Shown: positions 11,736-23,455 of the stretch, in pieces | How positions within the stretch are numbered: the first letter of the stretch is position 1 | How the letters are laid out: every line of letters begins with the position of its first letter | Source of the DNA: Nemertoderma westbladi | Taxonomy: Eukaryota; Animalia; Xenacoelomorpha | Reading direction: 5' to 3' | Assembly (NCBI GenBank): GCA_032718475.1 | Contig: JAUCBJ010007025.1 | Coordinates: 1 to 64,000 of the forward strand | Length of the DNA stretch: 64,000 nucleotides | Notes under the pieces: model-generated | The model's database searches: none | Seen by the model: only the letters and a program-made list of their open reading frames with translations | What the model was told of the DNA's origin: nothing | Position numbers and translations under genes: made by a program

Positions 11736-13125
11736 TTTTGTTTGTACAGTTGAATGCCTACTGCTATATTACAGTCTAAGCAAGTCTAGTAATTCAGTAT
11801 TAACTGATAGCCTAGTAATTAATTACCGGTACCGGTAGCGTGATATATATAATATATTAGAATACCGGTATGCTTATAGTATATATAACTATTATTACAG
11901 ACTAGGTTTATCACAGAATACCGGTATAATTTTAGCACAAATATATATAAATATATAATAGGCCTATCGGGAATACCGGTATACAGCTTACAGTTTGTAG
12001 TATATATAATTCTGGACTAGAATTAATTACAAGTACCGGTATAGTTTCAGCCTAGATTTATAGAAATAAGATAATAGGCCTATCGTAAATACCGGTATAT
12101 CAATTATTTTAGAATAATTGAATTTCTGAACTTTAGGGTTACTTGGTTACTTTAACTTACTTTATTACCGTTATTTAAGCAGTAATCCAACTGATATTGA
12201 GACCTAATGGTTTTATGGTATGCCTACTATTTATAAATCGTTGGATTTGATTTATAATATATATACCCGTTTTAATGGGTTTTGTCTATGTTTGAAATAA
12301 ATGTTATTATTTCTGGGGAGTAATCACTACACAAAGCGGTGCGCTTTCAGTGAATTGTTACGTACAGGACACTAAAACAAATAATACTAATTTACCTAAG
12401 TTACTTAATACTACAAATTACGTACAATTCGGGTTGAGATTACGATCTCTAAATAAACACAAAAATTTACAAAAACACAAATACGAATTTTTAGGGTATT
12501 TTTACAAGAAGTCTACAAACCAGCCTAACAAAGGGTTAGAAAACCGGTTATTACAACGGACAGGGTACTACGGTATTTGAAATAATAAGTAGTAGTAAAT
12601 ACACTGCGTTGTCTAGATAGGAAAATACCACCGCCTGACGACCTATAGCCGTATCGCTATAGGTTCTACGTTATGTATCACGGAGTGTTCCTACCTAGAA
12701 GTTAATAGAGCTAATCGAATGTGCCTATCAACCACTTTACAACACAAATATAATGTCTACAATAATTACTTCGGAAAGCACTGTACACTAAACCCTAAAT
12801 TAGGTACAAGTACTTGTACAACAGATAATCAGTAGTTAAATATACTTGAACAGCTAAAAGAACCATGGCATCTGCTAGAGTGACCGATGCACAAAATCAC
12901 CAGTCTTTACCTACGCCGAGCAGCCCGTGTAGTACCGGGGTTAATTTAACTATAGCGGTATGTATAACAAACACAATTACTGTAGGAACAAACTTGGGGA
13001 ATGAATGTTGCGGATAATCGCATAAACTCTGAATAATAAATATTACGCTACGCGTACAAACTACTCAAACAAAATACAGACCGAACACTGACAGACTACT
13101 ATCAAGCCCAAACAAACTACGGTAT

Positions 13126-13580
13126 ATGCAGACTCCGAAATGATTAGGGAGTATGCGCTCTAACCCAGTAGTGCGACTTATTCTTTAGTTGGGGGATTAC
13201 CTTACAGCGTTCGCTGCCCCTACTGCCTAATCGTACTTAATCGGACAGATGATCTACACACGCGGCAATCCGTTCAGACCTAATAACAGCCAGACAACTA
13301 TCCAGCCTACAAATTATCTAAATAAAATTATACGCTACCCGTACAGACTTACACAAACAAAGTACAGACTAAACGATGGCAGACCACTCTCAAGCCTAAA
13401 TAAACCACAGGACATGCAGACTCCGAAATGATTAGGGAGTATGCGCTCTAACCCAGTAGTGCGACTTATTCTTTAGTTGGGGAATTACCTTACAGCGTTC
13501 GCTGCCCCTACTGCCTAATCGTACTTAATCGGACAGGTGATCTACACACACTGCAATTCGTTCGGACTTAACAGCAATCA
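13126..13580. repeat. ~289-bp-period direct duplication in the long 5' UTR of copy A
   Basis: ATGCAGACTCCGAAATGATTAGGGAGTATGCGCTC... occurs at ~13126 and ~13415. Confidence 0.85.
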
Positions 13581-13887
13581 GACAACAGCTCAGCCTACAA
13601 ATCGTCTGTACAATCTGATCAGGCTTACACGCCTTCTGTTCAATACTGGCCTACAAATAAATAAAACTTGACAGAAATAAGTAAACCATATAAAGGTATA
13701 AGGGGTGATCAATCCCTAATCCCTTAAACAGCCTACCGGTATACAACAATCAAATCGAATAATACTAGTGTACTTATACTGAAGTACCGGTTAGAACAGT
13801 TAGGCCTACTGACCTACAGAATGTACCGGTTCAGGTTTACCGGTTGACCGGTACTTTCAACTTTATTGCTTACTGCAACAAAGAAGC

Positions 13888-13899
13888 TATATCCTTTAA
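13888..13899 (-). promoter_or_regulatory. Primer-binding-site position of copy A (TTAAAGGATATA), non-tRNA and complementary to an LTR-internal motif
   Basis: Directly abuts the 5' LTR end and lacks TGG. It is the reverse complement of the sense motif at 14642-14653, 5141-5152 and 1336-1347. Confidence 0.65.
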
Positions 13900-15094
13900 T
13901 GTTCGCGCTTTCAGACCTTTGGCAGTTTAACCCGCCAAATTAAGATGTCTTCTAGATATTAAATCGCTTTTTAGCCTATGACAAGTATTTGATTCACTAC
14001 ACTAGTCGAAACCAATCCGTGCGCGACCATTCACCCGCTGGATATTCCCGGGAGATTGGGTTCGACGGTTTAATTTTGTTGCTATGTAAGCCTAATGTAT
14101 TATTCGACTGACAGTATTATATAATCTCTGACAATATTATTTACCTTCGGGAATATTAACAGTTCCTTTAGGACGTGGCGCTTTATCTACATAAACAGAG
14201 TTATGACTTAAACTACTCACAACGATATGGCTTAATTATAATTCACATATATGGCGCATTCTTTAGGAATGCTTCTTTAACAGACTCACTCATACACAAT
14301 GCTGCACAATACTGCACACTAATCTGCCGATCTTCACTGATTTTAGTCACATATAAAAGGAACACAGACTGACTCATGTAGGGTCTATCAAATAACATTA
14401 GATTCACTTCAAACCACTTTAACATAAGTCACAATCGTTTATCTGTAACCTTTCTCTCTTACCTTCGGTATATCAAGAATATTGGGTGTCGGGGTTATTT
14501 CTCGTTATTCCAATATAATAATTCATCAACAAATATAATGAATAACCGACAACAAATAGCAGTATGCAGTATTCACAAAGCCAGTTATGCAGTACTGCAG
14601 TATGCAGTGATTACGAAATTGCAGAGTGTTTGTTTCGTCAGTTAAAGGATATATGTCCTTGTAATTAAACCTACTAGTGTTGAGCTAAAAAGCATAAAAC
14701 ATAAAACACTAAAAGCCGTTCTTTCGTGGCTTTGAAAAACTCGTGACTACTGCTCTATACGAGTATACCAACCACTCTTATTCCACGAAGCTCCCGTTCA
14801 ACACAGAGAAAGAGCAGTGAGATAGGAAATTTTCAGTTCAGTACTCTGTGATTGGTCAAAATCAAGACTAACTCAAAATTCTATTGGGAGATACAAAAAC
14901 AAGGCTATGACGCAACCTCCCTAGGCTTGTTGGCCGATTAAACAGAGCCCAGATGCCTGCGTACAGCAAATCAGCCAATAAGCTGGTAACTTGCACTATT
15001 TTTAGCTGTAGATCACTTTGAGAGTATTCTTAGCGACTGGGGGGGAACTGGCCAACAAGGCAAACGAATCAGTTATCCCACAAAAGCTTTTACA
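13900..15094 (-). repeat. 5' LTR of copy A
   Basis: Direct repeat of 4378-5593, apart from a divergent patch near 14510-14590. Confidence 0.93.
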
Positions 15095-16114
15095 CCCCCC
15101 CTTCCTACCAACCAATACATAACCGCGACATCTACCACCCAAAGGGGCGGAAGGGTAGCATAAACTTATTTCCAATCACACGTTCAATATGCGAAGCCAT
15201 GTGGTTTATAGGAAATATCGAGAATTCAAGAATATGAGAAACTCGATCGAAATACCTGCTCATCCCAGTATCCGTCCGTAGTCACCGGACAGCTGCGGTT
15301 TATTCCCGTAGAACAGTAGAATTCCCGCAGCTTCCGACCCAATTCAACAACGAATTCGCCTCACACTTTCTTGTGGCAGAAAACGTAATCCAGTGCGATA
15401 CACATCTGCCCGACTTTCAACAATTTCCCCCAGGCGATCCCAGGATCCGGCTGTCCGGGCCACCGCTAAACCCAAATCGCAATCCTCATAAATAATAATA
15501 ATAAAAAACTCATCCGCGAGCAATGCATTAATGCTGTCCAGCATACAACCTCGGCCAATCAGTGGCGAGGTCGGAGTCGCTATAAGAAGAAGAGTAACTA
15601 CCAGCACTCCAAGTCCGCCATATCTACAGACAGGAACCGGGGTACCTCTAACTACAACGTACGGGAAACAATCCATCAAGTGAAACAGCGGGGGGAATGT
15701 TTAAACTGCTGGGGTCAGTACCCCCACCAGGATAATAACTGTTGCCGTTATTCCCAACACCAGGGGGGAAAACGCCGATGCTGGTGGCGGAATTTTCAGA
15801 CCACTTGATTCTGGCCAGTCACCGGGTATTGGGAGTGGAGAAGGAGATATTATCTGAGATGCAGGATTGCGAGTAGAGAAAAAGCTGCATTGGTTGGATA
15901 TAATCTTTTAATGTAACTTGAACTCTAATTGAACCCTGATTGAGAATAATTTGGGCTTCCCCACACCAATATACCAAATATTTACAATAATACACAAATA
16001 TATAAATTCCTACAGTACATTATTTAATTACCCACTGTTCGCTTTTAGATTTTAACCTAACTAATGATCCCCATTTTCCCTCGGTCCTAGTCCCGGTACC
16101 GTAGTGTCAGTGTC

Positions 16115-16800
16115 GGTCGACCCTGTTGCGTGTCCGTCCCACCCTTCCCGAACCCCGGAGGGATCGGTCATCAGGAAAGCGGTACGGTTTGGCTAAGGGT
16201 CGGTCAGGTTGGTCGACCCTGTTGCGTGTCTATCCCACCCTTCCCGAACCCTGAAGGGATCGCTCATCAGGAAAGCGGTACGGCTTGGCTAGGGGTCTGT
16301 CAGTTTATCGCAGGGTCCCAACCACCTAAGCTTTCCGAATCCTTTTCAGGCTTGTAATCGAGTCGGTAGCCGAGAAGCTGCTCCGAATAGTCGGTAGGCC
16401 AGTAGAGTCTGGTCCTCTGTCTTTCGACCCTGTTGCGTGTCTGTCCCACCCTTCCCGAACCCTGAAGAGATCGGTCATCAGGAAAGCGGTATGGCTTGGC
16501 TAGGGGTCTGTCGGCCCGTTGTGAGTCCCAACTGTCGGAGCTTTCTGAATCCTTTTCAGGCTCGTAGTAACGCCAGTCATGGAACCCACTCCAGGAAGTC
16601 AGTCCTCGTCGAACCCTTCCTTCGTCCAGTCCTTCGTCCACTCCTTCGCTCAGTCAGCAAGCTTTCCGAATCCTTTTCAGGCTCGTAATCGCTGCCAGTG
16701 ACCAGGGACCGCTAAGGATCTGTCAGTTCCCGTCGCAAATCCCTGGCGCAATCAGCAAGCTTTCCAAATCCTTTTCAGGCTTGTAATCGCTGCTGGTGGC
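16115..16800. repeat. Interleaved GC-rich direct repeats (~85-bp unit x3 and ~35-bp unit x4)
   Basis: CGACCCTGTTGCGTGTC...CATCAGGAAAGCGGTA at ~16118, ~16214 and ~16426. GCTTTC(C/T)(G/A)AATCCTTTTCAGGCT at ~16330, ~16540, ~16661 and ~16759. Confidence 0.85.
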
Positions 16801-17259
16801 CAGGGACCGCTAAGGGCAGTCCTTGTCCCCAGGCCTAGCGGGTTACCAACTACCGAAGTAGAAGGAGGTTGTCTAGGCCTAAATAAGTATCAGGCAACCC
16901 TGACACCTAAAGTAATGCTTGATTTTACCTCCCACCCTTGGCCCTTAAATGTCTGATATGAGTCCCGTGCCCCGTAAGTTGCCCCAATATTCGCCCATAA
17001 ATCGCCCCCAGTCCATTGAGTATGCCCAAATTTTATGTTTCGCACCCAGTACTGATATTGGAATATTCATAATAAATAAATCCAAAAAATATTTAACTCG
17101 CGTTAGGGCAAATAGAAATACTGCAAACAGTCCCCCCCAATGACCTTTGTGAGGTCTATCGGTAGATTGAGTTTGCGTAGGTCATTTCCCCATATAAAAA
17201 ACCCAATTTTTTACTCTTGCATAGTCTTGATTAATTTGTCCCAGAGTTAGTTTATATAC

Positions 17260-19925
17260 TTATAAAAATAAATGTTTGATATAAATGTCCATAGAATTTC
17301 CTCGTCTTCTATCTCCTGCTCTGATACGCTTTCCTTTTCTTCGCCCGTCTACTCTCATCGATCTACAGTGCGGGTAGAGGAGCATCGTTGTCCGTCGCGA
17401 GCATTGCCGCAGCTTGCCTCCTGGCAGCCCTTCCTTGGCAGGGTAGCGAGATGATATCTGTTCATCTCTCCAACTCGGTGTTGCGAGCCGCTTTAAACCA
17501 CTCTCCATCTCCAAACGCTTCCTTGTACGAGTATAGACGTCTGATTATTTCGAAGGGACCAAATAAACCAGCGCTCAGTAATAAATCCACATAGTGGAAA
17601 GGCAAGGTTGTTGTCGTATGGAGGCGTTCGGGGAACGAGAAATATCCGCATGCCATCTCTTGTGCGACATTTCGAGCACTTATATGCGCTCTGGTCTTTA
17701 TATGGGTATTGGCGTATGTTTCGAACATAACCATATTCGCAATGGCCGTCGCGTCTTTAGTGGGACACTTAATGTTGCATCGGGGGCTCGCGGTATGCCC
17801 ACGGAAACCACACTTTGTACAGAGGTTATAGAGTGTTGGACAAACCGCTACATCATGGCCCGATATAGCGCAATAGGGATAATAGAGTATCCCAAGGATC
17901 TGGAAGCACGGTTCGGTGACCCGTTATTTCTTTCCGATGGACATTGATCCGAACCGCAGTTTCCACAAACGTTGAGTTGCATTTCCCGGCCAAAAAAGAT
18001 CGGGATTGGTACTCCGGCGTAGTACTCCAGTCGTCTATCTCTTTTTAGGATAATCGTAGTAACCGGGAGCCCACGGAACACTGCGCTGTCGCGGAGTAGG
18101 ATCTCGCTCCGGTATCCTTCTTTGTAGTCCGCCGGACGCATCCCGGGCGCCCGTTTCTGACAGTGGATCCACTCCATTTGTTCCGCGTACCACCGAGTGA
18201 GTCTCATCAGATCTTGTGGAACGGAGGGTGCCGTCACCACAGCCGGTCGGTGAAGGGGTGCCGGGGCATTCGCCGAAGGAATCCCGAGGAGGTCTCCAGG
18301 GGTTGGAGCTATACTAGGACCCTTCGCAACCTGGATAGCTGAGCGGGTCCGCTGGGTACTGGTACTTGGGATTTCCAACGACCAATCTTCTCCCCCCAGG
18401 AACGGATATGGAGACAGCCTCTGGCACGTGTCGCCAAAGTTGCTAAGTGCGAAGGTGGTGACTAACTCTCTAACCGGACTACTGGAACCAAGCGGAGTGG
18501 TTACGCCTGCTTCCGTCGCAGGTTCAGCCTCGGCGATTCGCTTAGCGGCTGGTCCGTAAGCGACTTCCGGTTCGAGTAGTCGTTTTGGGGTGGATAGCAA
18601 GACGCCTTCTTGTTTCCATAATTCCTCCCCTTCCGACAATATCAAGGGTTCCTCTGTGCCAAGGAGATCGGCAGTCGTTGGGATATCGAAAGGTCCATTA
18701 TTATCCCAGGATGCGATAACGTTGTGCGTTTTGGTATCTCCTGGTGGGATATTCTCCACCGCCTTGAACGCGTGGTCGATTACTTCGTTCCATTCATAAT
18801 CATCATTCCATTCATAATCAGTGAAGGATTTGGGGACCGCGTTAATAAGTTTATCGAGAGTCTTACAGATGAACTTGGCAACTGTATATGATTCCATTGT
18901 GACGTTGATGAAGTTCTGTCGATCCGGCTCCTCCCATTTCTGGTGGATCGTCCACCTTCTCTCTAAGTCCCCCCAAAGATTGTCCCGTTCATTTTTTATC
19001 GCTAAGTCCGGATATGCACCGTATATCTTGTTATAGTCTGGTAACTTCTGCAGTTTAAAGTCCAAACCGCCATTTAACACCGCGAGGTAGCCGATACCAG
19101 ATATCGTCTGTCTCACTTCTCTAAATCCACCCATTAATCCCAATCCACCGCAACCAGGCTAACAGGGTTTGGGTGTCGACGAAGTGGCTAATGGCGTTGA
19201 TGTCCTCTCGACGATTCCTTCCAAAAGGAGCGTTAGCGTAGTCGTTCCGGATGTCCTCCTTTATATCCAACCCGATCTTAATAATATCGAAATCAAACAA
19301 AATCTGTTGGATCGCCGATGGTAGTAACAAGACCGCCCCGGCTGTCCGTAGTTCTTGTTGGGGTGTCGGGAAGATTCGACATATCAATACCAATCCATCT
19401 AGGGTTCCAAGGACGACGATTAGCGATCGACCATACTCCTTCGTCCCGTATTTCTCCTTATAATCGTCACGGTTTTGGATGACTGCTATACGCTCCTCCC
19501 GCAGCGTCGCTGTACATTCCGCTAGGTTTCCGCAGTGGGCGAGATATGTACTCTTGTCGTCGATGAAACTCTGACATCGCGCCATCGTAACTGCCTTCGG
19601 AATTGGCGTTGCGTTGCCCTCGTTGTCTTATATCAAGCACCAGGATTTGTAGACGCTTTGCCGGAACGTATCCCAGAACGACAACTCATCTCCTCCGGTT
19701 GCCTCAGCGTTCCGAATCATTTTCAGTCTCGTACTTGCATCGGACAACCGGAGCGCCTGCAGGTTACGGGTATCCGGTACTCCCTCCCGGAGAATTTAAT
19801 GACTTCACATTCTCTTTCAACAGGGCATTCCATTTCGTATCAAAACTAGTAGATCCAGGTTGTGGATAGTCCAATAAATCAAGCGTGTTACGTAATTCGC
19901 CAAGAATCTGGCGATTCGGGTCCAT
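17260..19925 (-). pseudogene. Frameshifted accessory ORF of family C: DEDD-like exonuclease plus tandem CCHC knuckles
   Basis: Stitched frames give CLI*DNEG (19616-19630), LPSAIQQILFDFDIIKIGLDIKEDIRND, FVDTQ, GIGYLA..GLDFK..DYNKIYG and YPYCAISGHDVAVCPTLYNLCTKCGFRGH, in the same order as in copy B ORF3. Confidence 0.8.
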
Positions 19926-20469
19926 AGTGTAAATTATGTCCGTTACAAATTAAATCAGTTAATTATAAATCCAGAAAGTCTGATTCTATAGTGACTGCAG
20001 AATAATTCAGTTATTTATAATACAGTTAATATTATTGCGATATAGGCATCTACCATCTTATTGCTACTACATTCAGTATTTACAGTTACTATAGCTATAC
20101 ATTATTATCCAACCAGTTTTTTGACTTTTTATGTCCGCTTCTTTTTCAAATTCTTTTCCACTCTACATTTTATACTTTTTTTTGTCTTTTTTATTTCACA
20201 TTTCATTATTCATTCCACATTTCATTATTTCTTTCACATTTCATTATTTATTACATCATTACATCATTTATTACACATTTCATCATTTCTTACACCATTT
20301 CATTGGGGTTATAGCCCCCCGGCTATCATCATTTGTTATAAGCGCAAACACCAGGGTGCGCATCATCACATTTTCATCATCATACGCGTCATCATTCAGT
20401 TTATAGTTGAGTTATCTGTTCCTTTTCATCATTTCGTACTACATTCAACCATCTTCTTGGGAAATTTTC

Positions 20470-20890
20470 GTTGTGGAGGGGGTGTTACGCGGCAATCTGG
20501 GATCTACAGCTGGACTCGTTACACTGCCTACGCCCCAAACTGCACACATAACGGAAAATGAAGATGCTGGAAGTGAAGTCACGTGGAATGCACCAGGGAC
20601 CCACCAGAATAACACCTCCAGAAACATAAAGCTCAGCCGACGAAGTCATGTGGGATGGGGTTACGCAACATTCTGGGATCTACAGCTGGACTCGTTACAC
20701 CGCCTACGCCCCAAAATCCACGTAACGGTCCCACCAGAATAACGCGGCTGAGGAACATAAAGTCTCTATCGACGAAGTCATGTGGAATGCACCATGGACC
20801 CACCAGAATAACGCGATAGAGGGGGTGTTGCGCGGCAATCCGGGATCTACAGCTGGACTCGTTACACTGCCTACGCCCCGAACTGCGCAC
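20470..20890. repeat. Three ~170-bp-period repeats in the pol-ORF3 spacer of family C
   Basis: GGGATCTACAGCTGGACTCGTTACAC(T/C)GCCTACGCCCC at ~20499, ~20675 and ~20842. Confidence 0.85.
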
Positions 20891-21171
20891 GCAATGGACA
20901 ACACAATACAACACAATGGATACAATGAATTCCACTTCGAATCTTTACCGTTAAAGATAATCCAAGGTAGTTGGTCCTGATGACCAAAATCAGGGTGAAC
21001 AAAACATAAACTACCCTGCGTCAGTCAAAACATCTGCAGGGTGAGGCTGAACTCCACATAACACACAAGGAAACACAAATACCATGCATGGTTATAGTTG
21101 GTTTAAGGGGGGGTCCATAATCATTGTCGGTAAATCACGTTTAAAGTGTTTGTCAACAGGATGGGAAGGGT

Positions 21172-21715
21172 TTAAACGGGTTTATCATTGTCACCAATGT
21201 CCGCAGCAGGATCCGGAGTAGGGAACTTATCACCTCTCATGGAGTCACCACTGCCATTGCCTTCGAGAAGGCACAGCCTCGGGATAGGGCGTTGGTAGTG
21301 GCCCTTTGCCGTTCGTATCGTCACTGTCCTCGCAAGTCCATCCTTGCTTGGTGTTATCTCCATGACTCGCGCCACAGGCCAGTAGACGCGGTCTTTAAGG
21401 TCTTCTTTAACAAGTACCATGTCGAAAACTGCGACGTTCCGGTATGTGTTATTCCACTTCCTCCTGGTCCGGAGGGTTATGAGGTATTCCTGGGCCCAGA
21501 TTCTCCACCAATGCGCTGCCAGCGCTTGGGCCTTCTTCCAGTTCTGGTGTCTCGAGATATCATTGGGATCTGGGAACATTGCCTCCGGAAGGATGTTGGT
21601 CTTGGGTCTTCCGAGGAGATGGTTGGGTGTAAGGGGTTCTAGATCAGTTGGGTCATCGTGGATGGGAACGATTGGCCGGTTGTTCAAGGTGGCCGTAATT
21701 TCGCAGAATGTGGTG
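21172..21715 (-). pseudogene. Bel/Pao integrase C-terminal fragment (DUF5641-like)
   Basis: EITATLNNRP...LEPLTPNHLL...W.W..EYL..L..R.KW...DGLARTV...RPI..LCLLE motifs. Confidence 0.88.
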
Positions 21716-22769
21716 CTAAATAATGTGATAAATATTTTGCGATGGCAGAAATTATAAAGTGCTAACTCGACAAGATTGTTACTTCTCATAAAAAGCAATG
21801 AATTAGTCCATTATGACTGCCATCATTTTCATACTAGGTTAGCACTACAGTATATTCAATTTACTTTTAAAATATTATACTACTAACATTTACACAGCGC
21901 AGTTAGCACTATATTAACTTTACTATCAAAATGTTATACTGCTAACATTTACACACAAAGTTAGCACTACAGAGGATTCAGCCAATATAGTGATGCACAC
22001 ATGAGACGCTAGGGGGCGCATCGCAATTTACACATACACATGTCCGAGTTTGCAAAAACTTTAAAGTGCTAACAGCCAAACTGGAAGCAAATTTGGACCA
22101 ATCATGGCTTTAGAATTCGTTTGGCAGGTTTGGTTAGCACTTTAAGTTAGCACTTTATCCTAAAAAGCTGCTGTGTAGTTAGACGTTTAGGGGTTCTACA
22201 AACACCTCCACATCAAACAACACCCCCTCCTCAACCAGCACTGGGCCACCCTAAACCAGCACTCTCCTCTCAAATAACACCCCCCTTACAAATACATATT
22301 TTCCAACAAACAGCCCCTTCGCAAAAATCAACCCCCTCACAACATATCCCTTCTTCACAAGCAACGCCACCATCTCAAACAAGATTATCTTTACAACCAA
22401 AAACATCACCACAACAAACACACCAACTTCAACCAACACTCCATCCTCAGCCAACACCAACTTCTCAACCTACACTACTGTCACAACCAAAGCCCCCTTC
22501 TCATCCTGCCTCTCAGTCTCTTCCAGCATGTCCAGGCAGCAAAATAACAGATTTCTTCCATAAACTACCCAACTTAACAACCCCAACCACTGGCTGCTCT
22601 GAAATCACTTCATATAAGGTTCAAGATCATACAGCAACTGTAGATGCTGAAGTCTACGAGTGTTACCCAAATAACACCCAACCCATCCCGGCTAAAAATC
22701 TTAATACACCCATTAGGGAACACTTGAGTAAACTGACCATTATTCCACCAGGCATTGTCATTCCGCTTC

Positions 22770-23400
22770 CAAGTCATTAAAAAACACTAAGACCAAAATC
22801 TTGGCTGAGCGATACTGTAGTTTCGGGTTTCCTGTCATTATTGGAGCGGTCACTTCCATATACTGCTGCCATAAGTATTGACCTCAGCACAAAGCTTCTC
22901 ACTCCACACTGTGATGAGCTTAGCGCCATACTTATCACAGAGATACATAGGGCGATATCAAAATACCCCACCTCAATTTTTATTCATCCCACAATGCCTT
23001 CGAGGACATTTTGTACTCCACATCGCAAATTGCATCAATAAAACCATCCACACACTGGATTCTCTAAAACCATCCATGCCAACCAAGACAACATTTGCTC
23101 TAGTATATTTACTAACAAAATAGACCAATGCAACCCCTGGACCAATTCAAATGGAGTCAATGCTAGTACCATGCACCCTATAGATATTATAAATGAGTCA
23201 TGGACAGCTTCGGTCAATAACTCCCATTTCCCAAAACAAACAAACAGCTACGACTGTGGAGTATATGTTTGCCTATATGCGCTTGCTACAGCCATATCTC
23301 CAATCATTCACAATAGTGACACTGCTCGCCAATGGATAAGTGACTGTCTCAACAATATGAAGTTGGTAGAGCATGCTGACATCAAACTAGACGCAAATGA
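22770..23400 (+). pseudogene. Frameshifted Ulp1/SENP-like (peptidase C48) protease
   Basis: LRPKSWLSDTVV, HF.., IHTLDSLK and QTNSYDCGVYVCLYA motifs across frames. Confidence 0.75.
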
Positions 23401-23455
23401 CAACCCTATACAACCTGAAAATACATCACATACCCGAAATCATTAAAACATATAA

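Larger units (their letters stand above)
4378..15094 (-). mobile_element. Complete non-autonomous Bel/Pao LTR retrotransposon (copy A, 10.7 kb)
   Basis: Two ~1.2-kb direct LTRs, a Gag-protease ORF, deleted pol and ORF3, and colinearity with copy B. Both flanks are C-runs, compatible with a CCCCC TSD. Confidence 0.93.
15095..21720 (-). mobile_element. 3' part of a second, divergent Bel/Pao family (C): integrase C-terminus, spacer, decayed exonuclease/zinc-knuckle ORF and repeat-rich 3' region
   Basis: Bel-type integrase tail followed by an ORF homologous to copy B ORF3. Boundaries are approximate and no LTR of its own was identified. Confidence 0.7.

Noticed and set aside
15344-15679. 111-aa ORF with a hydrophobic stretch as an env remnant of family C
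   Set aside because: No recognisable motifs, and neighbouring frames are interrupted.
16115-16800. CRISPR-like appearance of repeats with variable spacers
   Set aside because: Eukaryotic context, irregular spacing, degenerate units and no cas genes.
20470-20890. Possible hammerhead ribozyme repeats (GTAACGAGTCC on the minus strand)
   Set aside because: No CUGANGA...GAAA core with the required stems could be assembled.
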